A DNA stretch of 64,000 nt, from the NCBI GenBank assembly GCA_013265495.1, contig MU057651.1, forward strand, positions 682,001-746,000, read 5' to 3'. Both the position numbers and the translations under genes were made by a program. Of the stretch, positions 24,240 through 37,989 are shown in pieces (the first letter of the stretch is position 1; the number at the start of each line of letters is the position of its first letter). The notes below the pieces were generated by a model, which saw nothing but the letters and a program-made list of their open reading frames with translations, ran no database searches and had not been told where the DNA came from. The DNA is from Vicugna vicugna. Its lineage: Eukaryota.

Positions 24240-27200
24240 AAACTTCTTACCTTGGTGAAAATTATCTACTAGAGACCTACAGCAAGCATGCTTTAATAGT
24301 GAACATTTAGAAGCATTTTCATGAAAACAAAAAGAAGAAAAGGATGATCATTAACAACCAATACTCCATATGGCATTAGATATCCTAGCCAATGCAATAA
24401 GACATAAAAAAGAAGTTAGGTTTAAAAAATAAATTAACAAACTATTTAGATATCATAGCACTTTTAAAAGTGATTGGGTATATGGTCACAGGCCAAAATT
24501 AATAGCTTTCTAAACACCAGGAGTAACCAATTAGGAAATGTAAGAAAAAAAACCCAACCCTCTGAAATACAGAGGAATAAATCTGACCCCAAAATTGGTC
24601 AAAATTTCTCTGAAGAAAACCATAAAAATTTATTGAACAACATAAAAAAGGCCCACTTATAGATGAAAGACATGATGTTCAGGATATAAATTCTCACAAC
24701 AGTAATCTTATAAGATCAACATAATGACAATCTAAATCCTGAAAGATACTTCATAAATTGGATAAGCTGATTCTGAAATTTAAAAATAAAGTGGATATGC
24801 AAGAATAGCCAAGATAATTTTAAAAAGAAACAGACAAGTTATTTGCCCTGGTAGATATCAAAGCATATGATACCTCTGAGTAATTAAAATGTATTTGCAT
24901 AGGACTACACAAAAATAAATCAGTAGAGCATACTGAAAAGTCTAGAAGCTGATTCAGGTACCTATGGGACTTTAGTACATGATAAAAGTGGCATCTCAAA
25001 TCAATGAAAAGCCTGACTATTCAAAACACTGCATTTGGACAATTGGTTATTGCATCTAGACAAAAGTTTAAATAAATAACATACTTATTTAATATACATG
25101 ATTTGCAAAACTAAAATTCACATAAATTGAAAGGCCTAAATGAAAAATATGGATGTAATTTCTTCTAGAATACATACTAAATACCTACAAATCAACAAGA
25201 TAATGAACACAATAGCAAATGGGCAAAGAATAAAAACCAACAATTTACAGAATAGTAAACCAAAATGACCAATAAATCTGAAAATATATCCAAAATTTAC
25301 TCCTAGTAGTTAACAATGAGATACAATTTTCATCCCTCAGATTACCAAAATGTAAATTTTTTAAAACCTCAAATGTTGGCAAGAAAAATGTTTAACCTGA
25401 CACTACTCAAACTACTAGATTTAACCTCCAGGTTATACGTACACAAGGGAAAGAAGAATATGTAAAATAACACCATGATGAAACAATGAGACAAATACAG
25501 AATATGAAACAGTCTACAAGACAACCAACTTGGTATCTTTAAAAGTCAATGTCGGGAGATAAAAAGAAAAAAAAAGTCAATGTCATGGGGAAAATAGGTG
25601 GGAGTATTGTTCTAGAACAAGAGTCTAAAGAGACATAACAAAATGCAGAGTTTCACAAATGATTAAACTGACTCAAAAAGAAGTTGAAAAATCTGAAAAG
25701 ACATGTATAAGGAAATTGAGGTAATAATAAAAAACTTCCTACAAGGAAAAGCCCAGGAAAAGAAGGCTTCACTGGTGAATTCTACAAAATGTTTAAAGAA
25801 GAATTAATGCTGATACTTAAACTCTTCCAAAATTAGAAGAGGAAGGAACACTTTCTGACTCCTTCTATGAGGCTACTATCATCCTGATACCAAAATCAGA
25901 CAAAGACACCACACAGAAAAAAGAAAACTACAGATCAATACCCTTTACAAGCAATAGATGCAAAATCCTCATCAAAATAGTAGCAAATCAAAGTCAGCGG
26001 TATATAAAAAGGATGATACACTGTGACCAGGTGGGATTTATCCAAAAAAGCACGATTGGTACAACATACGAAAATCAATGTAACACACCATATTAGTAGC
26101 ATAAAGAGGAAAACCCCACAAGATCATCTCAATAAATACAGAAAAAGGATTTGACAAAACCAAACATTCCTTCATGATGAAAACACTTGACAAACCAGAG
26201 ATAAAAGGAAACATCCTCAATCTGATAAAGGGTATCTATGAAAAACTCATAGCTAACATTACACTTAATAATGAAAGACTGAAAGTTTCCCAAGATCACA
26301 AGACATGAATGTCATCTCTTACCATTCCTAGTCAACATTGTTTGGAGATTTCAGCCAGGGCAACTAGGTCAGAAAAAGAAATAAATGACATCTTGATTGG
26401 AAAAGAAGAAGTAAAACTACCTCTATTCATAAATGATATGATTTTATATAGAGAAAACTCTGAGGAATCCACTAAAAACCTATTAGGACAAATAAATAAG
26501 AAGTTCAAAACAACTTAATATTAAAAAAAAAACAAACAACCTGATTTTTTTTTAATGGGCAGAAGACTTGAACAAACATTTTTCCAAAGAAGACATACAG
26601 ATGGCCAACAGATACATGAAAAAAATCCTCAATATCACTATTCATCACAGAAATACAAATCAAAACCCCAAGACATCACCTCACACCTGTCAAAATAGCT
26701 ATCATCAAAATGTCTACAAATAACAAATGTTGGTGAGAATGTGGAGAAAAGGGAACCCTAGTAGACAACTGGTGGGATTGTAAATTGATGCAACGACTAT
26801 GGAAAACAGTATGGAGGTTCCTCAAAAAATTAAAAATGGAACTACCATATGATCCAGCATTTCCACTGCTAGGTACATATCCAAAGAAAATGAAAACAGT
26901 AATTCAAAAAGATACATGTACCTCAATGTTCATAGTAGCATTATGTATAGTAGCAAAGATATGGAAGCACCTAAGTGTCCATCAACAGATGAATTGATAA
27001 AGAAGATTTGGTGTACAAACATACACACATACACACACACACACACACATACACACACAGGAATATTACTCAGCCATAAAAAAGAATGAAATTCTGCCAT
27101 TTGCAACAATATGGATGGGCCTAGAGAGTATTGTGCTTAGTGAAATAAATCAGATAGATAAAGACAAATACTCTATGTTATCACTTCTGTGTGGAATCTA

Positions 27201-29380
27201 AAAAATAAAACAAACAAATGTATATAACAAAACAAAAACAGAGTCATAGATACAGAGAACAAACTAGTGTTTACTAGTGGGTAAAGGGAAGGTGGGAAGA
27301 AAGATAGGGTAGGGTAGTAAGAGATACAAACTACTATGCATAAAATAAATGAGCAACAAAGATATTATACAGCACAGGGAAATTTGGCTATTATTTTGCA
27401 ATAATTTTAAATGGAACATAACCTATGAAAAAATTGAAGGACTAAAACAAATATAATATTGTAAGTCAACTATACTTCAAATAAATAAATAAATAAATGA
27501 GTTCAAGGTTACAGGATACAAAATCAATATAAAATTGTATTTCTATACATTAGCAATGAACAATCTGAAAATGAAATTAAGAAATCTTTTCCATTTACAA
27601 CAGTATAAAAATACTTAGCAATAACTTTAAACAAAGGAGTGCAAATGTTGTGCACTGAAAACAATTAAATATTGTTGATAGAAATTACGATTTAAATAAA
27701 TGAAAAAACATCCTATGTTCATGGATTGGAGGACTTAATACTATTAAGATGGCAACACTCCCGAAATTGATCTGTAGATTCAGTGCAATCCCTATTAAAA
27801 TTCCAAAGGCCTTTTTTTTTCAGAAATGGACAAGTTGATCCTAAAATTCATATGGAAATACAAGGGTCCCAGAATAGCCAAAATAATCTTGAAAAAGAAG
27901 AACTAAGTTGGAAAACTCATACTTCCCAGTTTCAAGACTTACTACAAAACTACAGTAATCAAGACAATGAGGTTCTGGCATAAGGAAAGACATATAGATC
28001 AATGGAACAGAATTGAGAGTCCAGGACCATTTAAAGAGAAAAGAACAGTCTCTTCAACAAATGGTGCTAGGACAACTGGATGTCTACATGCAAAAGAATG
28101 AATTTTGAGTCCTATTTTACACCATATACAAAATTTAAATCAAAATGATTCAAAGACCTAAATATAAGTGCTAAAACTAGAAAACTTTTAGAAGGAAACA
28201 TAGGGGTTAATCTTTATGTGTTTGGACTAAGCAAAATTTTCTTAGATATGACACCAAAAGTATGAGCAGCCAAGGGGGGAAAATAGATAAAATGGATTTC
28301 ATAAAAATTTAAAACTTCTGTGTGTCAAAGGGCACTATCAAGAAAGTAAAAAGACCACCCATAAAATAAGAGAAAATATTTATAAATCATATATCCAATA
28401 AGGCACTTGTATCTGGATCTTGTACAATTAAATAATAAAAGACATTTTGAGACACCTAGGGAAATCTGAACATGAACTGGATATTAAATGACATAAAATG
28501 TAGGAAATTATTGCTAATTTTCATAGAGTGATAATATAGTGTGTGAAAATAAATGGAATGTGTGTAGGAAAATGTGCTTATTTTAACAGATGCTTGCTTA
28601 ACTATTCAAAGGTCAAGAGTCATATACTTACAACTTACAATGAAGTGGTTCAGCAAAAAAGACAGATGGATAGAGACAGAGAGAGAGAGAGGATAGATAA
28701 AACAAACATGGCAGATGTTAACAATTAATTTAGGTGTGATTATATGGATAGTCATTATACTATCACATTTTTTACATTTGAAAATTTTCACAATAGAAGC
28801 TGAAAAAACTCTATGAAGGGTTGGGGAAACATACATTCATACAGTTTTAGTGGAATTTAAATTTTGAAAAGCCACATAGGAATGTAATTTTGCAGTATTT
28901 ATTATGGCAAAAAAGGGGGGCACGCACTACGACCCAGGGATTTCCCACTTGTAACACTAGCCTAGAGAAATTCCTGCTCAAGTATGCAAGGAGGCATAAA
29001 CTAAGGCTTTCACTGAAGCACTGTTTGCAATAGTAAAACACTGTAAATCACCTAAATGTCCATTAATAAGGGAATAATTACATAAATTGAGATATATCCG
29101 TAATATGCTCCACTATGCAGCAATTTACTGTAAATGAACTAGGTCTATGTGTACATGATAAGATCTTCAAGACAATGCAGGGTAAAAAAGCAAGTTGCAA
29201 AATAGTATATACTACTCAACATATGTACAAAAAGTCGATACACAAAATAATCCTCTATGTTTGTATAAACCCCTATGTATGTATGTAGAAATAGAGAAAA
29301 AGGTCTTAAAATCCACACACCAAACTGACGACACCGTAAACTTAGGGAGGGAGGGAGGGAGGAGTGAAAATGAGTGTGGT
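24240..29380 (+). mobile_element. Nested stack of L1 fossils (L1ME > L1MC 3' end > L1MB-like ORF2 25705-28436 > L1MA-like 3' end ~26507-27490)
   Basis: Each host resumes after its insert. Direct repeats aaaagacat (25696-25704, 28437-28445) and near-duplicated aaataaat(aa)gagttcaa flank the inserts; RT-region text '[16 protein letters not shown]' in ORF 26309-26518. Confidence 0.85.
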
Positions 29381-29499
29381 GATACCGCATCCAAGACCAA
29401 AAGCCAACAGAAAGAGTGTAATGAAAGGAGAGAAATGGGCAGAAAGGCGTTCAAGGGACACGAAGGTCAGCGAGTTATAGTCTTAGTCTCTAATTTAAA

Positions 29500-32450
29500 A
29501 GATTGACAACAAACCTCCATGTGAAGGGTTTGTTTAAACAAGCATTTGCCCTAATGTGGTTTACCAAGGAGTTGGGGAGCAGGAGACATGGAAGATTTTA
29601 TCTACCTGACTTTTTTTTGTTCAAGGTCTCTGCTAGTCCCTTCCAATTTGGCTGACACATAGCCCTTCATCTGGGGACTGGTCTAGCTCACCAGCAGCTG
29701 GTTTGGGGGCCCTGCTTACTAGAGAAAGGGGACTTGGTTCCCCAACCATTCTGTCTCAGGAGCACAGAGTCTCATTCAGGAGGCCCAGGCTCCCACAGCA
29801 GCTCTGCCTGGGGAGGGCTGCTACTACCTTAGGTGCTTCCCAAGTTTTCCTCTGGCCTAAACGGGACTGGGGACACATCAACAGTACTTTATCTGATGAT
29901 ACAGCAGTGACTTGTCTGAGAGAGAAAGCGAACACAGGGAACAGAGAATGGAAGCAAAGGGGAGAAGGGAGAAGAAAGAGGGGAGAGAAAGGGAGAGGAG
30001 TGCAGGCGGCGCGGGAAAGAGAGAGATGAATGTGAAGAATGGGGCCACATGCCTGGTCTGTTCACAAGTGGTCTCATGGCGTGGAGGATGCTTCTGTGAG
30101 CTCTGGGCATTTTAGCAGCTTCTGTAAGATTCCTTGGTCTGCTCAGAAAATTCAAGTTTTGCGGGCTGATGTTTTTCCCTAGCCTGGTTAGGGTTTGCTT
30201 CACAAAGTGAGGAGTGGCTGTGCGCGTGACTGTCTGATCAGCGTTGAAGTGGATTCTGGTCTGGACAGGGATGACTTAGTGCTGTGTGGAGAGCAGGTGC
30301 AGCCCTGCTCTAGTCAATGTCCTGAGTGGTTTCAGGCTTATTTGGAGTAGAGATTCGTTGTTAGGGGAGAGGCGTTTGGAACCTGACTCAGTTTAGCGGG
30401 TCTCTTGACTTATTGGAGATGGTGTTACAGATCTTGGTTTCATCCAGTTCGGCTTAAAGCTCTGTGAAGAGGTGGTGTGGCTGACCCCTATGTCCCAAGT
30501 GGGCTCTGGGCTAGTAGCAGGTTGCCTCAGTTTTTGAGGTGCAGTCTGCTCAAGGGTGGCCTCAAGGCACAGGGTACATCTAAGTATGGGAGTGACCGTG
30601 TGGGTGAGTGGTTGGTGCACACCACATACCTATGTTGGAATCCTCGCTGGTTTGAAAGAGATCTGCCTAATGGCACACGCATCTAGGTGGTGAGCCTTAG
30701 AGAGCTATATAACGTTGGGTGCAGTGGTTACAGGAGACGATAATATTCAAAATACTTAACAGATTCTGCATTGACACTGGCCAATCAGTACAAACAAACA
30801 GTGGAACAAGATGCTGGAGCAGGCATTCTGCCTCCGTTGCTAGATTTTGAAGAGGTCCAGGAATCCTTAGGGAGGGTCTAGGGAAGCTGAGATGATGATG
30901 GGATGCACGGAGCATGGGGGGATGGTTTAAGGAAGTGAGTATTTTTCAACAAGTTGGGAAGAAGGTCAATAGTTTACCACCTGGTATGGCCGTAACCATG
31001 TATTCTGGGTGAATATTGGTCCTACTTACAGGGTTACTATTCCAAGCAGGAGTTGTCTAACAGCATGAGGCATTTTGAGTAGTGCCAAATAACTGCCTCA
31101 TAGTTTGTGAAGAAACAGAGAGGGAGGGCCAAATTAGGGCCTTTGGAAATCCTCATCACTGCAAAGATTTTGGATGACCACCCTCGTGTTTGTAATTCAA
31201 GTGGAAATAATTCTAAACCATACAACAAGTGTAAAAAACTCCAACAAAGTTCTGATTTTTCTTATCATGACTACTTCATTTGTTAATATCAAATTTCCAA
31301 CTCTTTAAAAAGTAATTTGGTTGGTGTCCATGCAGGGCTGTGCCCTAAGCACACCTTAGCTTCGGGATAAATCAGTGACAATTAGGAGCACTAGCAAGTT
31401 GTTTCGCTGGGCAGATGAGATGAGAACCCCAGTATGGGAGAGGGTTGCCTTACTGAGAGCAAAATGGCAGTATAAGCCCTGGTGACAGTGAGAGCTGGTG
31501 ATGTCACCTCACAATAGACCCAACAACGGGGGACCCTCTGGTCTGACTGTCCGGTGGGAAGTGGTAGCTAGGTGGTCAAGACTGACCTCATGAGGCGCAG
31601 AGCAGCAGCACGATGACAGACTGGGTAAGGCTGGATTCACTGCATTGGAAAGTTCAGTGAGAGCTCCAGTCTGAGCAAGGGTGGCCTCACAAAGTAAAGA
31701 GTGGCTAAATAGGCCATGGAGGTCAGGGTCAAGGCTGCATAATTGTAGGGTGCACTCTGGTGGAGAGCAAACTCATCTCAGTGTGTAGCACAGCTAAGGT
31801 GTAACCTCAAAAAGAAAGCTCTTACTCCCTGCACAGCTAGGGTGTGGCTTCTCCTGTGAGTGAGAGCTGAGCGATGGCGTTTGGAGCGTGGGTGAGCGCC
31901 AGGAGGGCTGCCTTGGGGGCCACACTGTGGTGGTGTGGACCTTGGTTTGAGAAGGTACTATGTGGGGTTATCCTGATCAGTGGATGAGGGCCTTGAAGGA
32001 ATGTGTCAAAGAAAGAAGAAAGGCTCCAGGATGGCCGGGGCCTATCCAGTGTGGTGTGGACAGTTGTGAGGGTGAGAGGTACCCAACTAGGCGTAGCTTG
32101 GTCTGAGGGTCTCTGTCTTGGTAAGATCCTGCCTAATAGTATGTAGTGTGTCAAAATTGCCTGGTCCTGGAATGGACCTGTGAGGATATTATATCCAGAC
32201 AGTTATAACACACAGTACTGTAGAAGGGCTGCCAACTGGTGACTACTGAAAGGCTTATATTCCATCATTTAATATTGGTATAGGTAGAGAAACAGAGACA
32301 ACCTGATATTTTTACCGGACCTCTTCCTGGAATCATAGCCTTGTAATCCGGAAGACATGGGGCCTTCAATTCCCTATCTGCGCTGGCAGACACTGGGAGC
32401 AATCAGATGAAGAGCACTGAGAACATCAAACTTTAGAACCTTTTGGGGCC
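29500..32450 (-). mobile_element. Two tandem RTE-X/L4-like LINE ORF2 3' remnants (approx. 32450-31320 and 31320-29500)
   Basis: Minus-strand translation: YLATLYF..EATLAQTGAL..CCCSAPHEVSLDHL (~31570-31712), HLLYGLELF (~31205-31231), YLDVP..EATLEQTA (~30540-30590); shared 23-mer at 30542-30564 and 31667-31689 (21/23 identical). Confidence 0.5.
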
Positions 32451-33019
32451 CCAACTCTCTCACCCACTCCTGAGCCAGTGGTGGAAACTCATTCCTCAAC
32501 CAGGCACAGCTCTTTCCATCAAGTATACCTGAAGCTGACACCTCTCTATATGTTCACCTCAGATCCTTCTTGGAAGTAAATGCATAGGAAGGCCCTGCCT
32601 CAGGTGCCCTTCATCTCAGTTACACATGAGGGCACATTCCTGAATATATCACATGTCTCAGAACATACGTGAACCTAATACAATTGTGCATATGAGATAC
32701 CTGAGCTGTACATCTATCAAAAGTCTCCACAGTAAAAGCCATCGCTGTCCATTCACAGCTCAATAACATATATAACGTGGCCCATTATGTAATAATAAGT
32801 ATAAAATCTATCACAATATCCTTATCTTTTGAGCTTTTCTGACATAGATAAAAGAGTGTGGCAGTGTTGTTAAGTCCCTTCTTCCATGAAAGCAGCCAAA
32901 ACTTTTACAAAATCATCCACTTCCATTGCCACTGCATCAGCTTAAGACTTTATCAAATTGTTATTTATGTAAAAAAGTCAAAGGAAGGAACACACTTACT
33001 GGAGTGTATCGGTTAAGAT

Positions 33020-33265
33020 ATTTGGTGCTGAAGTTAGAGAGCCAGGCTTCAAATTTTGTCTCTATCACTCAGTAGCTGTATGACCCAGGAAAATGTACTC
33101 ACCGCTCTAAGTCTCAGCTTTGCCATCTAAAAACTGGTGACAACATTAATTGTACCTGCCCCATGGGAATCATTGTGAGGATTAAATGAAGTTGTGGGAT
33201 AATGTGATTAAGAGGATTAAGACAGTATCTGGACCATAGTGTACAATACACGTTAGTTGCCATTC
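33020..33265 (+). mobile_element. MIR SINE
   Basis: agctgtatgacc...tctcagctttgccatctaaaa...gtgaggattaaatga. Confidence 0.8.
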
Positions 33266-34027
33266 CTATTAACACCACAAGGTAAAGGGTCTACAAAAAA
33301 ATTGTTGCCCATTATTCTGAATTCTCTCTAAGACAAAACAAACAAAAAGTTTAAGCTACATAGCTACATAAAACATTTTCTGGACACCCTCTGGTTCACA
33401 TTCCAGTGTTCTGTTGTCTTAAATAACTCATCCTCCTGTGTTGATGACCTACAGATCGTTCATGACCTCTGACTCTTGCCTGCCCCTTCAATTCTTGCCC
33501 ATTCACCAATAAGGAACCTAACTTAATACTAATTTCTCTTTCTCAGCAATTTCTGGAAATGGTGGGAGAATCTGGGAAGAAGGCAGGCAGGAGGGCTGAG
33601 GGTATGTGACTCTGGTTTCTGAAGTAGGCAGCAAAAGGAGCTAGGCTCAGCCTGGGCCGGGGGAGCAGGATAGATGGTACCTGCTGCCCCCAATGCCCTC
33701 CTCCAAGGCAAATGGAAGTATTATTTACAGCCACGGACTTGCTTGTCTCCCAGGCTTCCCAGTTGCTTATTTTGCAATGACCTTGGAGCTGCTGAGAATG
33801 GATTCACCATCCGAATTTTTTTGGAAGGCCAACCACTGCCTTGAACTGAGAGCTCCACCTTAGGGCCCAATCTGAAACTTGGTCTCAAATGAGATGTCTT
33901 CCTGTCTAGTATTTACAAGACTAGAGTGACAGGCTGAAAAGTGCCTAATCATTTCACTTGCATGTGAATCATCACCCTGCATTGCCTTCTCAAGTTTTTT
34001 TCCTTCTTCCAGGCAGTCAAAATTGCT

Positions 34028-34080
34028 TACACACACACACATGCACACACACATACAAGCACACACATGGACACACACAT
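34028..34080. repeat. Imperfect (CA)n microsatellite
   Basis: Direct reading. Confidence 0.9.
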
Positions 34081-35357
34081 TTCCCATAAAGACTGCACCC
34101 ACTGATGTTACACTAAGCAGAGATCAACATGAAAATGGAAAACCAAGTTATCAAAGGCTCAGATTGTGGCAGCAACATAGTGATGGGGGAGAAAAATGGG
34201 AGCTTATGATAATTATTAGTGCAGGAGGGAAAAAAATGTATCTCAATACGTTTAATATGCAAGACTAGGTCTAGAGAAAAACAAAAAGGGAGAAAATGGG
34301 CCCAAGACCTTCTTCTAAAAGCAACCTCTGTAGGGTTTTGGCTTATTGCCTGCAATGTTACAGAAATTAAATTCTTCCAGTGAAGGCTAGGGAAAGGTTT
34401 CCACTAGACAGGCTGAGTCTATCAATAAAATTTTAAGATTTGGGATCAATATTCAAATCCATTTTCATTCATCCATATATTCAACACATATTTATTGTGC
34501 CTCTACAGTGTGTCAGGCACACTTCTAGGCCCACGGAGACAGAGGTGACAAGCCACACAAAGTCACTGCTACAATGGAGCATGCTTCCTTTTTTTCCAAT
34601 GGGGGAAGGAATCCTTTTCCAGAATCCAAATTCAGACTGTCTTGTCTTGTTCAGAAGGCAACAGCCCACTCCAACCACCCAATCCCACCGCTCTTTCCAC
34701 TCAAACCCAAGACCCAAAGCTCAGGACAAGGTTCTAAGTCTCGGTTCTTGCAGCAGCTGAGAGCCTTGAGCCACTTGCCATCTTGTCTTCTGAGTCTCTG
34801 TTTCACAGTTCTCCTCTACCACCCTGCCCTCCACCACAGGCACCAGGTTTGCCTTGTGGGGTCTAGACACAGACATAGGACAAATAAGCCCTTCAATTGA
34901 AACAAAACCCTCATTGTCATATACTCATTAGGGTCCCTATTATATACTCTCTGCACAAGCCCTGACACTGGCCGGTGCCAATCTGCCAAGGGAAGCAAAA
35001 CAATCAGTCTCTGATAGGCTCTTGGCTCCCACTGGGGGTTCAGGATGAAGCCCAGAGTGGAGGATGAGGCCTTGCTCACTGGCTAAGGGAGAGGGTAGGA
35101 TAATAGTCTGAGACTGTTGCCAACAGCTCCTTCTGAACTGAGGGGCTGGACCTAGAGGTCTGAGGACCTCATCCCAGCTCTGCTACTTAGATGAGTGAGC
35201 TCTTTCATCGTGCCAAGCCACACGTTGGCAGTGAATACAAATTACAACAATGTTTCAACTGACAACATTAGCCAGACTTACAAAAAGCTTTGCGTGTCTG
35301 GATGAGATTATTGATGCTATTGCTGCTGACTGCATCGTCTCTAGTGTTTAAAGGATC

Positions 35358-35570
35358 AGAATGTACATGTGTGACAAGAACCTACTATACAGCACAGGGA
35401 ACTATATTCAATGTCTTGTAATAGGCTATAAGGGAAAAGAATCTGAAAACATATGTGTATGTATATATGCATGTATAACTGAATTGCTTTGCTGTATGCC
35501 TGAAACTAACATTGTAAATCAACTACACTTCAATAAAAATAAAATTAACAAAAAAAAAAGAATGTGCATG
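35358..35570 (+). mobile_element. Short L1 3' end with poly(A) and TSD
   Basis: acagcacagggaactatattcaat...aatcaactacacttcaataaaa; TSD agaatgtacatg (35358-35369) / agaatgtgcatg (35559-35570). Confidence 0.85.
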
Positions 35571-36494
35571 CCTATTGGGAAAGCAAGATAGTGGTGATGA
35601 TTTTATACTCAGGCTTTTCTCCCAACAGATCTCGGTCATTCGGAGGCCTTCTCCATTGCTTATCTTGATATTGATCCCTGTGACTAGTGAGGAGCATATG
35701 TTATGAGGCTGATGTCCGGGAGGATGACAATGACTCCTCACAGCCCACGCTTAGGGACCCCTACCTGAGAAAGAATCCACAGGATTGTTCAAGGGAGGGG
35801 GCGAACGATAGGGCAGAGGCTGCGGACTTCGGAGATGATTATAATCAACACTTTCTAGTTGTACTTCCTGGGAGCTACGAGATGTGATAAATAGATCCCT
35901 TGAACTAAGGATTTCTTATATCCTTCAGTTGCTTTGTGCTCCTCAAGGATCCAGCTCCCATTACTTTAAAGTCTCATCTCTATGCTGATGTGATCCTCCA
36001 CCTCTATCTCCTCCTCCCTGCTGAATTCTAGGCCCATATTGAAAGTCTCTGCCAGAAACCTCAGGGGAGGAGTAAAAATCAACATGTTCTAAATCAAACC
36101 TGTCATCCTCCCTTCCCACTCACCAGCAATTCTCCCAAACTTTCTGCTTTGTTTTCATGGCAAGAAACTATGGAATTACCATCTATCTCTTCCTTCCACT
36201 CTTATAACTTCCAGATGGTAAGTTCTACCAATTTATTCTTTCACTTATTTTTTTTTGATTAATGGATGGATAATTACTTATTCTTAATTGATCTGTGGTC
36301 CCAGTTTGGATACTCTGTAATAGAAGGACCTAAGAAGTCTTCTAGCATTTCCAGTATTAAATACCCTTAAATGAAATCTGGGTGGGTTTGGTCTAATATT
36401 GACTTTTTTTTCCTTTTGGCTTGCTACTGCCACCAATTTAATTAAAGGCTTTATCGCCTGTCTTCTGTATTACTGCAGTAACCACTCTGCTGCC

Positions 36495-37830
36495 AATTAA
36501 TTTATTCAACATTCATTCAGTACATATTTATTGTGTGTCCACTACATGCCAGGGACTGTTCCAGGTATGGAGGATACAAGGGCAAATAGGACAGCAAAGG
36601 TTCCTGCTCTCATGGAATGTACATTCTAGTATGGAGGGGGGCAGTAAACACTTAAAGAACAAGATAATTTGATAGAGATAACTACAATGAAGATAATCAA
36701 ACAGGCTGAGGCATTAGAAAGTGATGGCAAGAAAGTAAGGCACTTTAAGTGGTCAAGAAAGGCCTTTCTGAGAAGGTGACATTTATACTGACTTCTCAAT
36801 GACAAGAAGATATCTATCACATGTAAAGAATTAGGAGAGAAGCATTCCAAGAAGAAAGAAGAATTGGTGCAAGGACCCTAGTAGATTTGTTTACAAAATA
36901 GTGAGACTGAAATACAGTGAGCAAGAGGGAATGTGGCACAAACCGAGGCTGAAGATTCATGGAAGGGCCAGATCCTGTAGGGCCCTTGGAAGCCTCAGGA
37001 AAGAGTTTGGATTTTGTTTTAAGTGCAATGGGAAGCTATCGGATGGTTTTAAGCAGATGAGTGATGATCTGACTTATACTTGAAAAAGCTCACTCTAGAG
37101 GCTCTGTGGAGAAATAATTATAGACTCTATAATTAATAATAATTACATAATAATAATACAGAGGAGCAAGAATATTAGTGGGAAGACCACTTAGGAGACA
37201 ATTACAGTGATCTAGGCAAAAGATGATGGTAGCTTGGACCAAGATGAGAGTAATGGAGATAGAATGGATGGATTTTTAATATGTTTTAATAAGATTGATC
37301 AATAAATAGATGAATAGGATGTGTTGGGTGAGAGAAAGTAGGATCAAGGATGAAGCTTAGGTTTTGGTTTTGGACAAATGGTACCACTTGGAATTCGACA
37401 GGGAAGCCTAAGGTAGGAACAATTTTGTGATGGGGGTGAACGGATCAAGGGGGTTTGGAGGGCCCTGAAGAGTTTTAGTCTGAGGTGCTATTAGACTTCC
37501 AAGCAGAGCTTTAAGTACATAGTAGGACAGATGAGTCTAAAGCTCAATGGAGAGATGAGAGCTGAATATATAAATGTGAGCATCATCAGCATGTAGATTT
37601 TTCAACCTAGGAAGCTGAATAAAATCACTGTAAGAGGGAGTACTGACAGAGAAGGAATAGAGGACCCAGAACTGAGCTGTTGGGTGTTCCAACATTTTGA
37701 GATTAGATAGAGAAGAAATAGTCAGCAAAGGAGACTGAGAAGAAATGGCTAGAGAGATATGAGAAAAACTGGAGAGTATGGAGTTGGGAAAGTCAAAAGA
37801 AGAGAGTGTTGCAGAAAGAGGATAGAGAAA
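36495..37830 (-). mobile_element. L2a LINE, ~1.3 kb 3' portion
   Basis: cattcattcagtacatatttattgtgtgtccactacatgccagg at the 3' end, followed by typical G/A-rich antisense L2 body (ggaaagagtttggattttgttttaagtgcaatgggaagc). Confidence 0.85.
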
Positions 37831-37989
37831 TGACCACTGGCTATGTGTTATGCCCTAGCACACCAAGAGCTGTATACAATGCACGTGGAATTGCAGCATT
37901 AGCCAATCTCTGCTGCATTAAAGGTTATAAACCCTGAGAGAATGCAATTGGGAAAGCTAGGGGAATGAATACCCACAGTATCTAGTATT

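Noticed and set aside
30477..30686. Bornavirus G-like or sushi-like peptide (EWLVH...NPRW..RDL)
   Set aside because: Only a few scattered identities with no extension either side; the opposite strand carries LINE-like motifs.
31740..32430. Endogenous viral envelope gene (signal-peptide-like MFSVLFI*LLPVSASA, furin-like RSKR)
   Set aside because: The motifs lie in different frames with multiple stops; there is no CX6CC, immunosuppressive domain, transmembrane anchor or flanking LTRs; non-LTR ORF2 C-terminal motifs explain the region better.
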